Of a stretch of DNA of 64,000 nucleotides, positions 1 to 8,473 are shown piece by piece. This stretch comes from an uncultured Nitrospirota bacterium (GTDB lineage: Bacteria > Nitrospirota > Nitrospiria > SBBL01 > SBBT01), in NCBI GenBank assembly GCA_964373895.1, contig CAYJWQ010000001.1:15690-79689 (forward strand). Direction: 5' to 3'. Made by a program: the position numbers and the translations under genes. Under the pieces are notes generated by a model that saw only the letters and a program-made list of their open reading frames with translations, was not told where the DNA came from and searched no databases. Position 1 is the first letter of the stretch; every line of letters begins with the position of its first letter.

Positions 1-392
1 GCGACGGCAAGCGCCCCGCTCCCCGTACATAGATCAAGAATCGTATGGGGAGTTGGCCTGATGCTCTTTGCCTCTTCAACCATCAGCTCCGTCTCCGGCC
101 TCGGGATGAAAACCCCACGTTCAGAAAAAAGTTTTAGGCCGTAAAATTCCACCTCTCCCGTAATATATTGGAGCGGTTCCCGTTGCGCGCGCCGCTTCAG
201 ATAGCCCAAAAAGACCCCTTCTTTCTTCGGTAAAACATCATCATTTTTGTGCAACATTAAGTCAATCCTGCGTAAAGAGAGGGTTGCGCAAAGGAGGAGT
301 TCTGCCTCCAGACGAGGGTTTTCGAGATTCTTTTCTCGAAGGAGAGAAGTGCCTTCATTAAGTAAGAGGGAGATGGTTTTTGGATTTGCCAT
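1..392 (-). CDS. prmC: Release-factor glutamine N5-methyltransferase PrmC/HemK, 3' part runs off the left window edge
   Basis: My own translation of the minus strand from ATG at 392: MANPKTISLLLNEGTSLLREKNLENPRLEAELLL...YITGEVEFYG...GVFIPRPETE...ILDLCTGSGALAV (SAM-binding motif). It starts 17 nt downstream of the prfA stop, the canonical prfA-prmC pairing. It is not in the ORF track because it is truncated. Confidence 0.85.
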   Translation of the reverse strand, partial: MANPKTISLLLNEGTSLLREKNLENPRLEAELLLCATLSLRRIDLMLHKNDDVLPKKEGVFLGYLKRRAQREPLQYITGEVEFYGLKLFSERGVFIPRPETELMVEEAKSIRPTPHTILDLCTGSGALAV

Positions 393-408
393 ATCTTTAA
401 ATGGTCTG

Positions 409-1503
409 TTAGGTTTCCTTCTGCATCTTTATCATCTCATTTTGGGTAATTAATGCCTGAATAAATTCATCCAGTTCTCCCTCAAGCACCTGATCCAGTT
501 GGTAGACAGAAATGTTGATTCTATGATCGGTTGCCCTGTTTTCCTTAAAGTTATACGTTCGTATTTTCTCGCTTCGGTCTCCGGTGCCGACTTGAGACCT
601 CCTGTTTTGGGAGATTTCCGCCTCTTGTTTCTCCTTTTCGATTTCAAGCAGCCTGGAACGGAGAACCCGCATGGCCTTATTCCTGTTTTTTAATTGGGAA
701 CGCTCATCCTGGCAACTCACAACCAAGCCCGTTGGAATATGGGTGATTCGGACGGCGGAGTAGGTCGTATTCACGCTTTGCCCCCCTGCCCCGGATGAGC
801 AAAAGGTGTCGATGCGCAGGTCTTTCTGATCGATCTGGATGTCAACCTCTTCCGCTTCCGGTATGACAGCGACGGTCACCGTAGAGGTGTGAATCCGGCC
901 GCTCGCCTCTGTTTCTGGAACCCGCTGTACCCGATGAACCCCGCTCTCAAACTTAAGATGGCGATAGGCCGCTTTGCCCATAATTGAGACCACGATTTCT
1001 TTCAGTCCTCCGATTTCAGTCTCGCTGGTGGAGAGGATCTCCACCTTCCAGCCTTTTTTTTCGGCATATTTTGTATACATGCGCAGGAGGTCTGCCGCGA
1101 AAAGAGCGGCCTCGCGGCCGCCTGTTCCGGCGCGAATCTCCAATAAGAGATTCCGATTATCCAAAGGATGGGCCGTTATTAAAAGGGATCGAAGGGTTGA
1201 TTCCAATGTCGCTATCTTTTGTTGAAGATCAAACCGCTCTGATTGGGCCAATTCCTTTAGCTCCGGTTCTGCCGATCCATCGTTAAGGACGGCATCGGTT
1301 TCGGAGAGCTGTTTTAACAGCGTCTTATAGGTGTCATAGTGACCGACAATTTCCTCACAGTCGCTCCTCTCTTTTGCGAGGCGGACCCGGTCCGAAGAAT
1401 GCGAGAATGCCTTTGGATCGGAAAGCTGTTCCGTGAGGGATTGATACTTGTTCGCCATCTCATCTAATTTCAAGATAAGGATCTCTTCTTTTAATGTGGT
1501 CAC
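409..1503 (-). CDS. prfA: Peptide chain release factor 1
   Basis: 364 aa. GGQ motif (SGAGGQSVN). RF1-type tripeptide region [17 protein letters not shown] (P-x-T, not the SPF of RF2). GTG start at 1503. Confidence 0.95.
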   Translation of the reverse strand: MTTLKEEILILKLDEMANKYQSLTEQLSDPKAFSHSSDRVRLAKERSDCEEIVGHYDTYKTLLKQLSETDAVLNDGSAEPELKELAQSERFDLQQKIATLESTLRSLLITAHPLDNRNLLLEIRAGTGGREAALFAADLLRMYTKYAEKKGWKVEILSTSETEIGGLKEIVVSIMGKAAYRHLKFESGVHRVQRVPETEASGRIHTSTVTVAVIPEAEEVDIQIDQKDLRIDTFCSSGAGGQSVNTTYSAVRITHIPTGLVVSCQDERSQLKNRNKAMRVLRSRLLEIEKEKQEAEISQNRRSQVGTGDRSEKIRTYNFKENRATDHRINISVYQLDQVLEGELDEFIQALITQNEMIKMQKET

Positions 1504-1540
1504 AATAAGTCCCCGGGCTTAAATAGACAAGAAACGATTC

Positions 1541-1658
1541 TTAAGGGCACCTCAAATAACGTCATCCCCGCGAAGGCGGGGAACCAGAGCTTATTGAAAA
1601 CACTGGATTCCCGCTTCCGCGGGAATGACAAACCAGAGGTTTTTAGAAGTGCCCTTAA
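1541..1658. repeat. 118-bp nested-palindrome repeat (family C), MITE/REP-like
   Basis: Outer inverted ends are ttaagggcac (1541-1550) and gtgcccttaa (1649-1658). Two internal GC hairpins: gtcat-ccccgcgaaggcgggg and tcccgcttccgcggga-atgac. aaccagag occurs twice. An 18-mer from its right end recurs at 14109-14126. Confidence 0.7.
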
Positions 1659-1710
1659 TCTGTTAGCACCCTCCCATCATATACGTTTTCCAGAAACCTG
1701 TTCGACAGGG

Positions 1711-1741
1711 AAACAAAAAGCCTGCCGGATGGCAGGCCTTT
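1711..1741 (-). terminator. Rho-independent terminator downstream of rpmE
   Basis: Minus strand reads aaaaggcctgcc-atcc-ggcaggc followed by tttttgtttc. This is a GC stem plus a T-tract about 20 nt after the rpmE stop. Confidence 0.7.
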
Positions 1742-1760
1742 TAGGTTAATGGAGGTGGCG

Positions 1761-1961
1761 CTATTTCTTTCCATACTTCTTCATAAACCGCTCAACGCGG
1801 CCTTCTGTGTCAATGATTTTCTGCGTGCCGGTAAAGAAAGGATGGCAGGAGGAACAGATTTCAAGACGTATATCACTTCTGGTTGATTTCGAGGCCAGCG
1901 TTGCACCGCACGCGCAGGCAATTTCAACTTCTTTATATTCTGGGTGAGTACCCGTTTTCAT
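1761..1961 (-). CDS. rpmE: 50S ribosomal protein L31
   Basis: MKTGTHPEYKEVEIACACGATLASKSTR...CSSCHPFFTG, the typical L31 N-terminus and Cys zinc motif. I prefer the internal ATG at 1961 over the track start at 1988. Confidence 0.9.
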   Translation of the reverse strand: MKTGTHPEYKEVEIACACGATLASKSTRSDIRLEICSSCHPFFTGTQKIIDTEGRVERFMKKYGKK

Positions 1962-2030
1962 AAACGATCTCCTTATATTTAAAAACACCCTCGTTGATTG
2001 TAGTGTAAACGATGTTTTCTCTCAAGTGGT

Positions 2031-3713
2031 TCATCCCCCGCTGTCTTCAAGTTGTTCAATAGAAGAGAGCGCAGGTTTTTTTAGGGTTTTTTGACGAACG
2101 ACAATCTGGATCGCCTCAACCACAAGAAAAGAGGCAATTCCAATGAGGATGAGCGCCACAAACATGATTACATTCTGTTGGAAGCCCTGGGAACCGTGAA
2201 ACCATGGTTTAAGAAAGAACCCTAACGCCCATAATGTCATGAAAAGGACGAATAACATCGGGATAAATGTATAGAGGGGGTTGCGATCCGTTTTTAGGAG
2301 CCAGACAGAAATTCCCAATAAACTTAGCGCTGCAAGGAGTTGATTGCTCGCCCCAAAAATAGGCCAAAAGGTGATATAGGCCGCCTCCTTGGTGGTCATC
2401 AGGAAAAAGAGTGGCAGCGCCAATGTGGCAAGCGTTGCGCCAATCCTCCCCTTTTGACTATGCCATCCGGTCAACTCCTGAAAAATATACCTTCCCAACC
2501 GCGTGGCAACATCAAGCGTATCGTAGACAAATGTTGCGAAAGCCAAAAGGCCAAATTGAACCGCAACCTCCATCGGAACACCGATCACATTCGCGAAACG
2601 CGCCAGTCCGTTTGCATATATCTCGCTGGGACTTTTCTTTAATCCCGGATCTCCCAGGGGAAACATCATAATGGTTGCCAGCGCGGTGACGGCGATTAGA
2701 CCTTCTAATAACATTCCCCCATAACCGACAGGATGGCTATGCCCCTCTTTCTCCAATTGCTTTGAAGATGTTCCGCTACAAACCAATCCATGAAATCCAG
2801 AACAGGCGCCGCAGGCCACCGTAATAAATAAAATGGGGAAAAGGGGATCCCCTTTTGGATTTTCAAATCCAATAAAGGCAGGGTACGCTATTTTATAGCC
2901 GCCAAAAAATAATCCAATTAGTCCGATAAACAATGTGGCATAGAGGAAATATCCCCCCAGGTAGCCACGCGGCTGAAGGAGCATCCATAAGGGCAGAACA
3001 GAGGCCAGGAAGGCGTAAGACAAGATAATAATGTTCCAGAGCTTTGCCGGATTTGAAGTAACCCAATGAGGCAGAACAAGCGGAATTTTTTGTCCCCCCC
3101 ATATAACCATCAGGAGGAGAGGAAGGGCTACAATCGTTGCAGTCCAAAGAGGAATACGCCATCGGGTAATCGCCAGTCCCAGGAAAACAGCCAAAAATAG
3201 ATATAAAAAGGAGGAACTGGCCACCCCTCCTCCAAAACCTTCGACGATAAAAATAGAAGCGGTTAAATCGGTGAACGCAACAATCACATAAACAAGAGAA
3301 AACCATATAAAAAGGAGGAAGAGGAGATAAGCCCTTTGGCTCATTTCTTCTTTTATCACCTCCGCAATCGATCTTGCCTTATGACGGATTGAAACGACCA
3401 GGCTGGAAAAATCATGGGTGGCGCCGATAAAGATGTTCCCAAGAACAATCCAGAGAAGGGCTGGCAGCCAACCATACCAGAGGCCGGCGAGGATCGGGCC
3501 GACAATCGGCCCTGCGGCCGCAATCGATGAAAAATGCTGGGCAAAGAGGATCGGGAGTTTTGTCGGGACATAATCGACACCATCATTGACAATGCACGCG
3601 GGGGTGGGCGTCTGGTTGTCAATATGAAACTCCCTCTTTAGAATACGTCCATATATCCGATAGGCGATTAAAAAAAGGACGATAACGACGATGGCGACAG
3701 AAAGGATACTCAT
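2031..3713 (-). CDS. cstA: Carbon starvation protein A (CstA family peptide/pyruvate transporter)
   Basis: 560 aa, polytopic membrane protein. N-terminus ...AYRIYGR...DGVDYVPT...LFAQHFSSIAAAGPIVGPILA is characteristic of CstA. Confidence 0.85.
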   Translation of the reverse strand: MSILSVAIVVIVLFLIAYRIYGRILKREFHIDNQTPTPACIVNDGVDYVPTKLPILFAQHFSSIAAAGPIVGPILAGLWYGWLPALLWIVLGNIFIGATHDFSSLVVSIRHKARSIAEVIKEEMSQRAYLLFLLFIWFSLVYVIVAFTDLTASIFIVEGFGGGVASSSFLYLFLAVFLGLAITRWRIPLWTATIVALPLLLMVIWGGQKIPLVLPHWVTSNPAKLWNIIILSYAFLASVLPLWMLLQPRGYLGGYFLYATLFIGLIGLFFGGYKIAYPAFIGFENPKGDPLFPILFITVACGACSGFHGLVCSGTSSKQLEKEGHSHPVGYGGMLLEGLIAVTALATIMMFPLGDPGLKKSPSEIYANGLARFANVIGVPMEVAVQFGLLAFATFVYDTLDVATRLGRYIFQELTGWHSQKGRIGATLATLALPLFFLMTTKEAAYITFWPIFGASNQLLAALSLLGISVWLLKTDRNPLYTFIPMLFVLFMTLWALGFFLKPWFHGSQGFQQNVIMFVALILIGIASFLVVEAIQIVVRQKTLKKPALSSIEQLEDSGG

Positions 3714-3999
3714 CTTCTATCTAAACAATCCCCCCACATAGATAACGTACCCCTCCTCGCTTGATAGAAATCCGGGCCTACCGAAAGAGATGATCGGCCC
3801 TCACTGTCTTTTCGGTTGAATTCTTCAAAAATTTAAGGGGTTTATTGTACTAAACTAAAGCGAAATTTGTCAAAATAAATATATTGTGAGGGTTTTCGAG
3901 TATCTCGGACCCATGGTTCCGAGAACGCGGCAGATAGACTCTTGGAAAAATCTTCCGAAAAACTGGAAGAAACCTCTGACGGCTATTTTTAGTGTCTAT

Positions 4000-4179
4000 G
4001 AGTTTGTGAGTTTATTCCCGCACGGCTACGTCCGCCCCTGATCGTGCCTGGCTGCGTTACGGGGCCCCCAATATCTGGTCGTGTATACCAGATACACTCC
4101 CAGATATTGTTCACCCCCGCGCCTTGCCATGCGCAATCAGAAGCGCCCTCGCTTCGCGTGGGAATAAACTCACAAACTC
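4000..4179. mobile_element. 180-bp MITE-like element (family A, complete copy)
   Basis: Perfect 20-bp terminal inverted repeats: gagtttgtgagtttattccc (4000-4019) and gggaataaactcacaaactc (4160-4179). Flanked by tat on both sides (3997-3999 and 4180-4182), a possible target-site duplication. Central palindrome caatatctgg...ccagatattg. No coding capacity. Confidence 0.75.
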
Positions 4180-4265
4180 TATGCTAAAATCAGAAAGTAA
4201 TGATCACTATAGTTGTCTCCTTTCATGATATAATTGGCTCTTTCTAAGTGACTGGAGGTGTTTAA

Positions 4266-4883
4266 GTGGAGCAGATCTTCCCTGGCATTTATACCTGGTC
4301 GTGGTATTCAGAAGAAAAAGGGATCTATTTTAACGGGCACCTGGTAGCACAAGGAGGCGAACGTCTCTTAATTGACCCACCTCCCATTTCTCTTGAAGAT
4401 CAACAAGACCTCTCCGTTACCGGCATTGATATGATTGTTTTGACCAACCGGGATCATGTTCGAAATTCCATGGAATATCGCTCCCTGTTTTGCTGTAAGA
4501 TTTGGGCCCCATTTATGGACGTCTCTGGAATGGTATCGGCCACCATAGACCATACGTTTAACGATGGTAACATCTTGCCTGGGGGCCTAAAAGTTGTTTC
4601 CATACCTGATGGCAAATCTCCAGGCGAGTCGGCGCTCTACCTCAATCAGCATGGCGGCATTTTTATACTGGGAGACGCACTTATTGGGAAGCCGGATGGG
4701 GGACTTAACCTCCTGCCGAATAATAAGTTCGCCGATGTCAAAAAGGCAGGAGAAGGATTGTTGAGGCTTCTTGACTATTCTTTTGATGCCGTTCTGGTCG
4801 GAGATGGGAAATCGATTCTCTCTGACGGAAAGAAGGCGGTCGAACGATGTCTTCAGGCGATAAAAACAAGATCAACGCCGTGA
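4266..4883 (+). CDS. MBL-fold (metallo-beta-lactamase-like) protein with a degenerate metal motif
   Basis: 205 aa, GTG start. The pattern ...LLIDPP...MIVLTNRDHVR...ILGDAL...LVGDG resembles the MBL fold, but the HxHxDH motif reads NRDH. Confidence 0.5.
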   Translation: MEQIFPGIYTWSWYSEEKGIYFNGHLVAQGGERLLIDPPPISLEDQQDLSVTGIDMIVLTNRDHVRNSMEYRSLFCCKIWAPFMDVSGMVSATIDHTFNDGNILPGGLKVVSIPDGKSPGESALYLNQHGGIFILGDALIGKPDGGLNLLPNNKFADVKKAGEGLLRLLDYSFDAVLVGDGKSILSDGKKAVERCLQAIKTRSTP

Positions 4884-6277
4884 CAGTTCCCCCAGAGACA
4901 ACCAATAAAATTGGAGATGAACACCCACCGTTTAGCAACCTAACCGAATCCCAGGCATCAAGAAGCCTTCGTTTCGCCATTGGTGATGGCGTTTTCTACG
5001 CCCTGATGACCGGATTTGGGGAAAACTATATTGGGGCCTACGCCGTTTACCTATCGGCAACTCATCCCCAGATCGCCCTTATCGCTTCATTGCCACAGTT
5101 CCTGGGCGCCCTGTTCCAATTTTTTTCTGTATCGATTCTCAATTTCCTCAACAGGCGAAAAACAATCATTCTTTTGGGGGTGACGGGCCAGGCGGCAACA
5201 GGGCTCATGATCCTTGCGATTCCTCTGTTTTCTAAAGAGTACGGCCTCCTATGTCTGATGGGATCGGTCATTGCCTACCATGTATTTGGCGGCCTTGCCA
5301 ACCCCCCATGGAATAGCTTAATGGGGGACTTAGTCAACCCGAATCAACGGGGCGCCTATTTCGGAACACGGAATCGTTGGATGAGCGTTGCGAACTTTGG
5401 CGCGATTTGCGTCGCCGGAATCATCCTGCACCAGACTGCGCGGATGGATAACGTCGCGCTTGGATTTGGCGTTATTTTCCTAACGGCTGTTGTGGCCCGA
5501 TTCATATCGGCATCTTATATCTCACAAATGACAGAGCCAAAATATACGCCACGACCGGAAGACGATTTTTCCTTATGGCAATTTATCCGCCACGGGAGGG
5601 AAACCAATTTCGGAAAGTTTGTCACGTACACAGCCCTTATGCATTTTTCGGTGATGATATCCGGTCCGTTTATAACACCATACCTGCTGCGTGATTTAAA
5701 GTTTAGCTATCTTCAATTCATGCTTGCCTCGGCGGCTGTTGTCCTGGCCCAGTTTCTGACGCTGCAACTCTGGGGGCGTTTTGGCGACCGATTCGGAAAC
5801 AAGAAAATTTTGACCATAACCGGCTTACTTCTAACCATTATTCCGATCTTCTGGTTTTTTGCAAAAGACCTTTATACAACCATTGCCATTCAATTTTTCG
5901 CGGGCATTGTTTGGGCTGGGTTTACCCTTTCCATGGGAAACTTTGTATTTGACACCGTCTCTCCCCCCAAGCGGGCGCAATGCGTTGCGATTTATAATTC
6001 GGCAAACGCGCTCGGTATCCTTCTTGGGGCAACACTTGGAGGCTTCTTAAGTAGATACCTCCCCTCTGAAATTCATCTGGCGGACATTTCTGTCCAACTG
6101 ATTTCCAATCTCCAACTTTTATTTTTCATATCAGCGAGTGTTCGGCTCCTTGTCTCGCTGAAGTTTCTGCCAGCGCTCCGAGAGACGCGCGATGTCCAGC
6201 CATTTATCGCAAAGGACCTCTCTATGCTCATTGCCCAGATAAACCCTATTTTCGGCAGAAAGACAGACGAGGAATAA
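4847..6277 (+). CDS. MFS-type transporter
   Basis: 476 aa with about 12 hydrophobic segments. The overall layout is typical of major facilitator proteins. It overlaps the upstream gene by 37 nt. Confidence 0.65.
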   Translation: MSSGDKNKINAVTVPPETTNKIGDEHPPFSNLTESQASRSLRFAIGDGVFYALMTGFGENYIGAYAVYLSATHPQIALIASLPQFLGALFQFFSVSILNFLNRRKTIILLGVTGQAATGLMILAIPLFSKEYGLLCLMGSVIAYHVFGGLANPPWNSLMGDLVNPNQRGAYFGTRNRWMSVANFGAICVAGIILHQTARMDNVALGFGVIFLTAVVARFISASYISQMTEPKYTPRPEDDFSLWQFIRHGRETNFGKFVTYTALMHFSVMISGPFITPYLLRDLKFSYLQFMLASAAVVLAQFLTLQLWGRFGDRFGNKKILTITGLLLTIIPIFWFFAKDLYTTIAIQFFAGIVWAGFTLSMGNFVFDTVSPPKRAQCVAIYNSANALGILLGATLGGFLSRYLPSEIHLADISVQLISNLQLLFFISASVRLLVSLKFLPALRETRDVQPFIAKDLSMLIAQINPIFGRKTDEE

Positions 6278-6376
6278 ATGCGCTCTACGCCACGGCACCA
6301 TTGTTGTCGATACAGTAACGGGCAAGTCGCTTTACATGGTTTTTGTCTCCCCGTATAATACACGTTGGAGGTTGAA

Positions 6377-6979
6377 ATGCTTCCTATTTATGGGGATCCG
6401 GTCATTCGCGATCTGGTTGACTCCTATTTTAAGGAGAACGAGGCAGCCCGGGCGTATATTAAAGAATGTGAGCGGCAAGGCTGGCCGTTCATCATCGATC
6501 ACATCACCATACGTTGTCTTCATATTGATCATCGCGCGGAAGAGTTTTTAAAAAGAGGCTATCTCTATCAGGATGAAATTATAGAATATCCTGAACAGGG
6601 ATGGTGGGCGAAAGTCTTCAGGAGGGCAGGGTTCCCTGCCCTATTTATCGATCAGGCATACGATGATGAACGAGGCAAGATGAGCATTATCCCCCAATGG
6701 GTCGGAAAATTTGGCGACCAGGTATTGCACCATGCCGCCGTCCGGGTGGAGGATATCGAGCGGTCAGTTGACATCCTGCAACAAGGCGGTGTTGAGTTTT
6801 CCGGGATGATTGTCGGAAATCGCGGCACCCGTCTTCGACAGATCTTTACAGCGTCCGAGGTGCGCGATGGAGTCGCCTTTAGCGTTTTGGAACTGACCGA
6901 ACGAAACGGTTATGACGGTTTCTATCCGGAACAGGCCGATAGCCTGATGCAGGCGTCCATCAAGCTTAAATCAAAATAA
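6377..6979 (+). CDS. VOC/glyoxalase-fold metalloenzyme-like protein, specific function unknown
   Basis: IIDHITIRC... and ...VLHHAAVRVEDIERSV... resemble paired metal-binding beta-alpha-beta-beta-beta modules. ATG at 6377 is preceded by ggagg; the track TTG at 6365 is less likely. Confidence 0.45.
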   Translation: MLPIYGDPVIRDLVDSYFKENEAARAYIKECERQGWPFIIDHITIRCLHIDHRAEEFLKRGYLYQDEIIEYPEQGWWAKVFRRAGFPALFIDQAYDDERGKMSIIPQWVGKFGDQVLHHAAVRVEDIERSVDILQQGGVEFSGMIVGNRGTRLRQIFTASEVRDGVAFSVLELTERNGYDGFYPEQADSLMQASIKLKSK

Positions 6980-7372
6980 ATGATTAAACGCCTGCTCCAT
7001 ACCCGCTTTCGTGTTTCCAATCTTGAAGAGACGCTCCGTTTTTATACAGAGATACTGGGTCTTACCATCGTCAGGCATCATGCCTCTCCACGGGGCTCGA
7101 AGCTGGCCTTTTTGTCGGTTCCGGGAAGCGCAGAAGAGATTGAACTGTGCGAATATCCAGCCAGCGGGCCGGTGGCGGTGCAGGAGGACCTTGTTCACCT
7201 CGCTTTTGAAGTGGATGATCTTCAGGCAACCCTGCTCCATTTAAAATCCCTCGGCGTCTCCATTACCGAAGGGCCTACCCTTTCTTCCTCTGGAAATCGG
7301 TTTGCCTTCATTGAAGCCCCCGACCGCTACGAGATTGAGTTAATTGAGCGGGGCCCTCTAAAAGCCCTGTAA
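6980..7372 (+). CDS. Glyoxalase I / VOC family protein
   Basis: 130 aa. LLHTRFRVSNLEETLRFYTEILGL...LVHLAFEVDDL...FIEAPDRYEIELIE is the classic lactoylglutathione-lyase-like pattern. It starts directly after the previous stop. Confidence 0.75.
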   Translation: MIKRLLHTRFRVSNLEETLRFYTEILGLTIVRHHASPRGSKLAFLSVPGSAEEIELCEYPASGPVAVQEDLVHLAFEVDDLQATLLHLKSLGVSITEGPTLSSSGNRFAFIEAPDRYEIELIERGPLKAL

Positions 7373-8128
7373 CAGGGACGACCCGTTTTCCTCTATTTTA
7401 AAGATCGCATCTTCCGATAAACGCAATAAAAGCGTCTGCAAGGCGTCTTCCATCCAGGCGAGATTCTTTGACTCCAGTGTAAGAATCACCTTGTAGTCAG
7501 ACCGGTTTAAGGCAGGATACGATCCGAGAAGCACGCAAGGAAATTTCCGGACAATCTCATTTAAAACTTCCGCAATGACATGCTCCTCTTTTGAAATGAA
7601 AACTTTGATGAGGTGGAAGGGAGGCTCCCGGAACCGTTCTTTAATCGCCTCGAATTTTCTTATGAGCAGATCTGGAATGCCAGGGAAGATATAAATATTC
7701 TCAAAATGGAGAACCGGTATGCGAATCCCCCCCGAGGAAATAAGCCCTGTCCCTTCCGGAACGTCTGCTAATTTCATCTGTGCCGCATTCAATGCGCCGG
7801 CATAAATGTTTTTTAAGAGTTGATCGAGGACAGGATGATGCGCCAGCGGCCGTCTCACGCCGGCGGCGATTCCTTCCATTGTCACATCGTCATGAGTCGG
7901 GCCGATGCCTCCGCTGGTAAACACAAGATCAAAACGCCTCCAACAGAGGGCGATTTCCTCTGCAATCGCATCGATCCGATCCGGGATAACGGCAATCCGT
8001 TGCACGTCTACCCCTAACGCTCTCAACTCACGCAGGAGATAAAAAGAGTTCTTATCTGCTACCTTGCCGGATAGGATTTCATTTCCGATGACGATGATGG
8101 AGGAAGTCCTTCCCTCATGCCGAATCAT
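7358..8128 (-). CDS. CinA-like / MoaB-Mog molybdopterin-binding-domain protein
   Basis: From ATG at 8128: MIRHEGRTSSIIVIGNEILSGKVADKNSFYLLRELRALGV...FTSGGIGPTHDDVT. This is typical of the MoCF-biosynthesis/CinA N-terminal domain. The 94-codon upstream extension in the track has no homology-like features. Confidence 0.75.
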   Translation of the reverse strand: MIRHEGRTSSIIVIGNEILSGKVADKNSFYLLRELRALGVDVQRIAVIPDRIDAIAEEIALCWRRFDLVFTSGGIGPTHDDVTMEGIAAGVRRPLAHHPVLDQLLKNIYAGALNAAQMKLADVPEGTGLISSGGIRIPVLHFENIYIFPGIPDLLIRKFEAIKERFREPPFHLIKVFISKEEHVIAEVLNEIVRKFPCVLLGSYPALNRSDYKVILTLESKNLAWMEDALQTLLLRLSEDAIFKIEENGSSLLQGF

Positions 8129-8165
8129 ATTCTTCCTCTCTGTCCCATGACAAAAAACCTGCCCG

Positions 8166-8348
8166 CTATAGTAAGACTCGGTGACATTCTTGACAATGCG
8201 TCGCTTCGTAATGATTCGATTTTTTACAGAACGGGCATACCTTTGGTTCGAATCCCGGGGGAGGACGACGAAATCCCGGGATGGCCAACAAGACAATCCA
8301 TAAACCGACAAGACCAAAAGCCACTGCCATAAAAAGGGGACTGCCCAT
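8166..8348 (-). CDS. Small membrane-anchored zinc-ribbon protein (putative)
   Basis: 60 aa with one hydrophobic helix (LFMAVAFGLVGLWIVLLAI), then CPFC-x11-CQEC, a four-Cys zinc-ribbon spacing. ggagag lies about 10 nt upstream of the ATG. It ends 37 nt before the CinA-like start. Confidence 0.45.
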   Translation of the reverse strand: MGSPLFMAVAFGLVGLWIVLLAIPGFRRPPPGFEPKVCPFCKKSNHYEATHCQECHRVLL

Positions 8349-8473
8349 AACAAACGCTCTCCGCCATTTACTATAGACCAGTTTAACCTAAAACCCAACA
8401 AGGTGGTCAATCCGTTGTTTGAGTCCCCTCTTTATGTTATCCTTATAAGAAATATCCCTAACAATCAGGCCAG

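Noticed and set aside
409-1503. Possibility of a programmed frameshift as in prfB.
   Set aside because: The gene is RF1-type (P-x-T motif) and reads through as one uninterrupted 364-codon frame.
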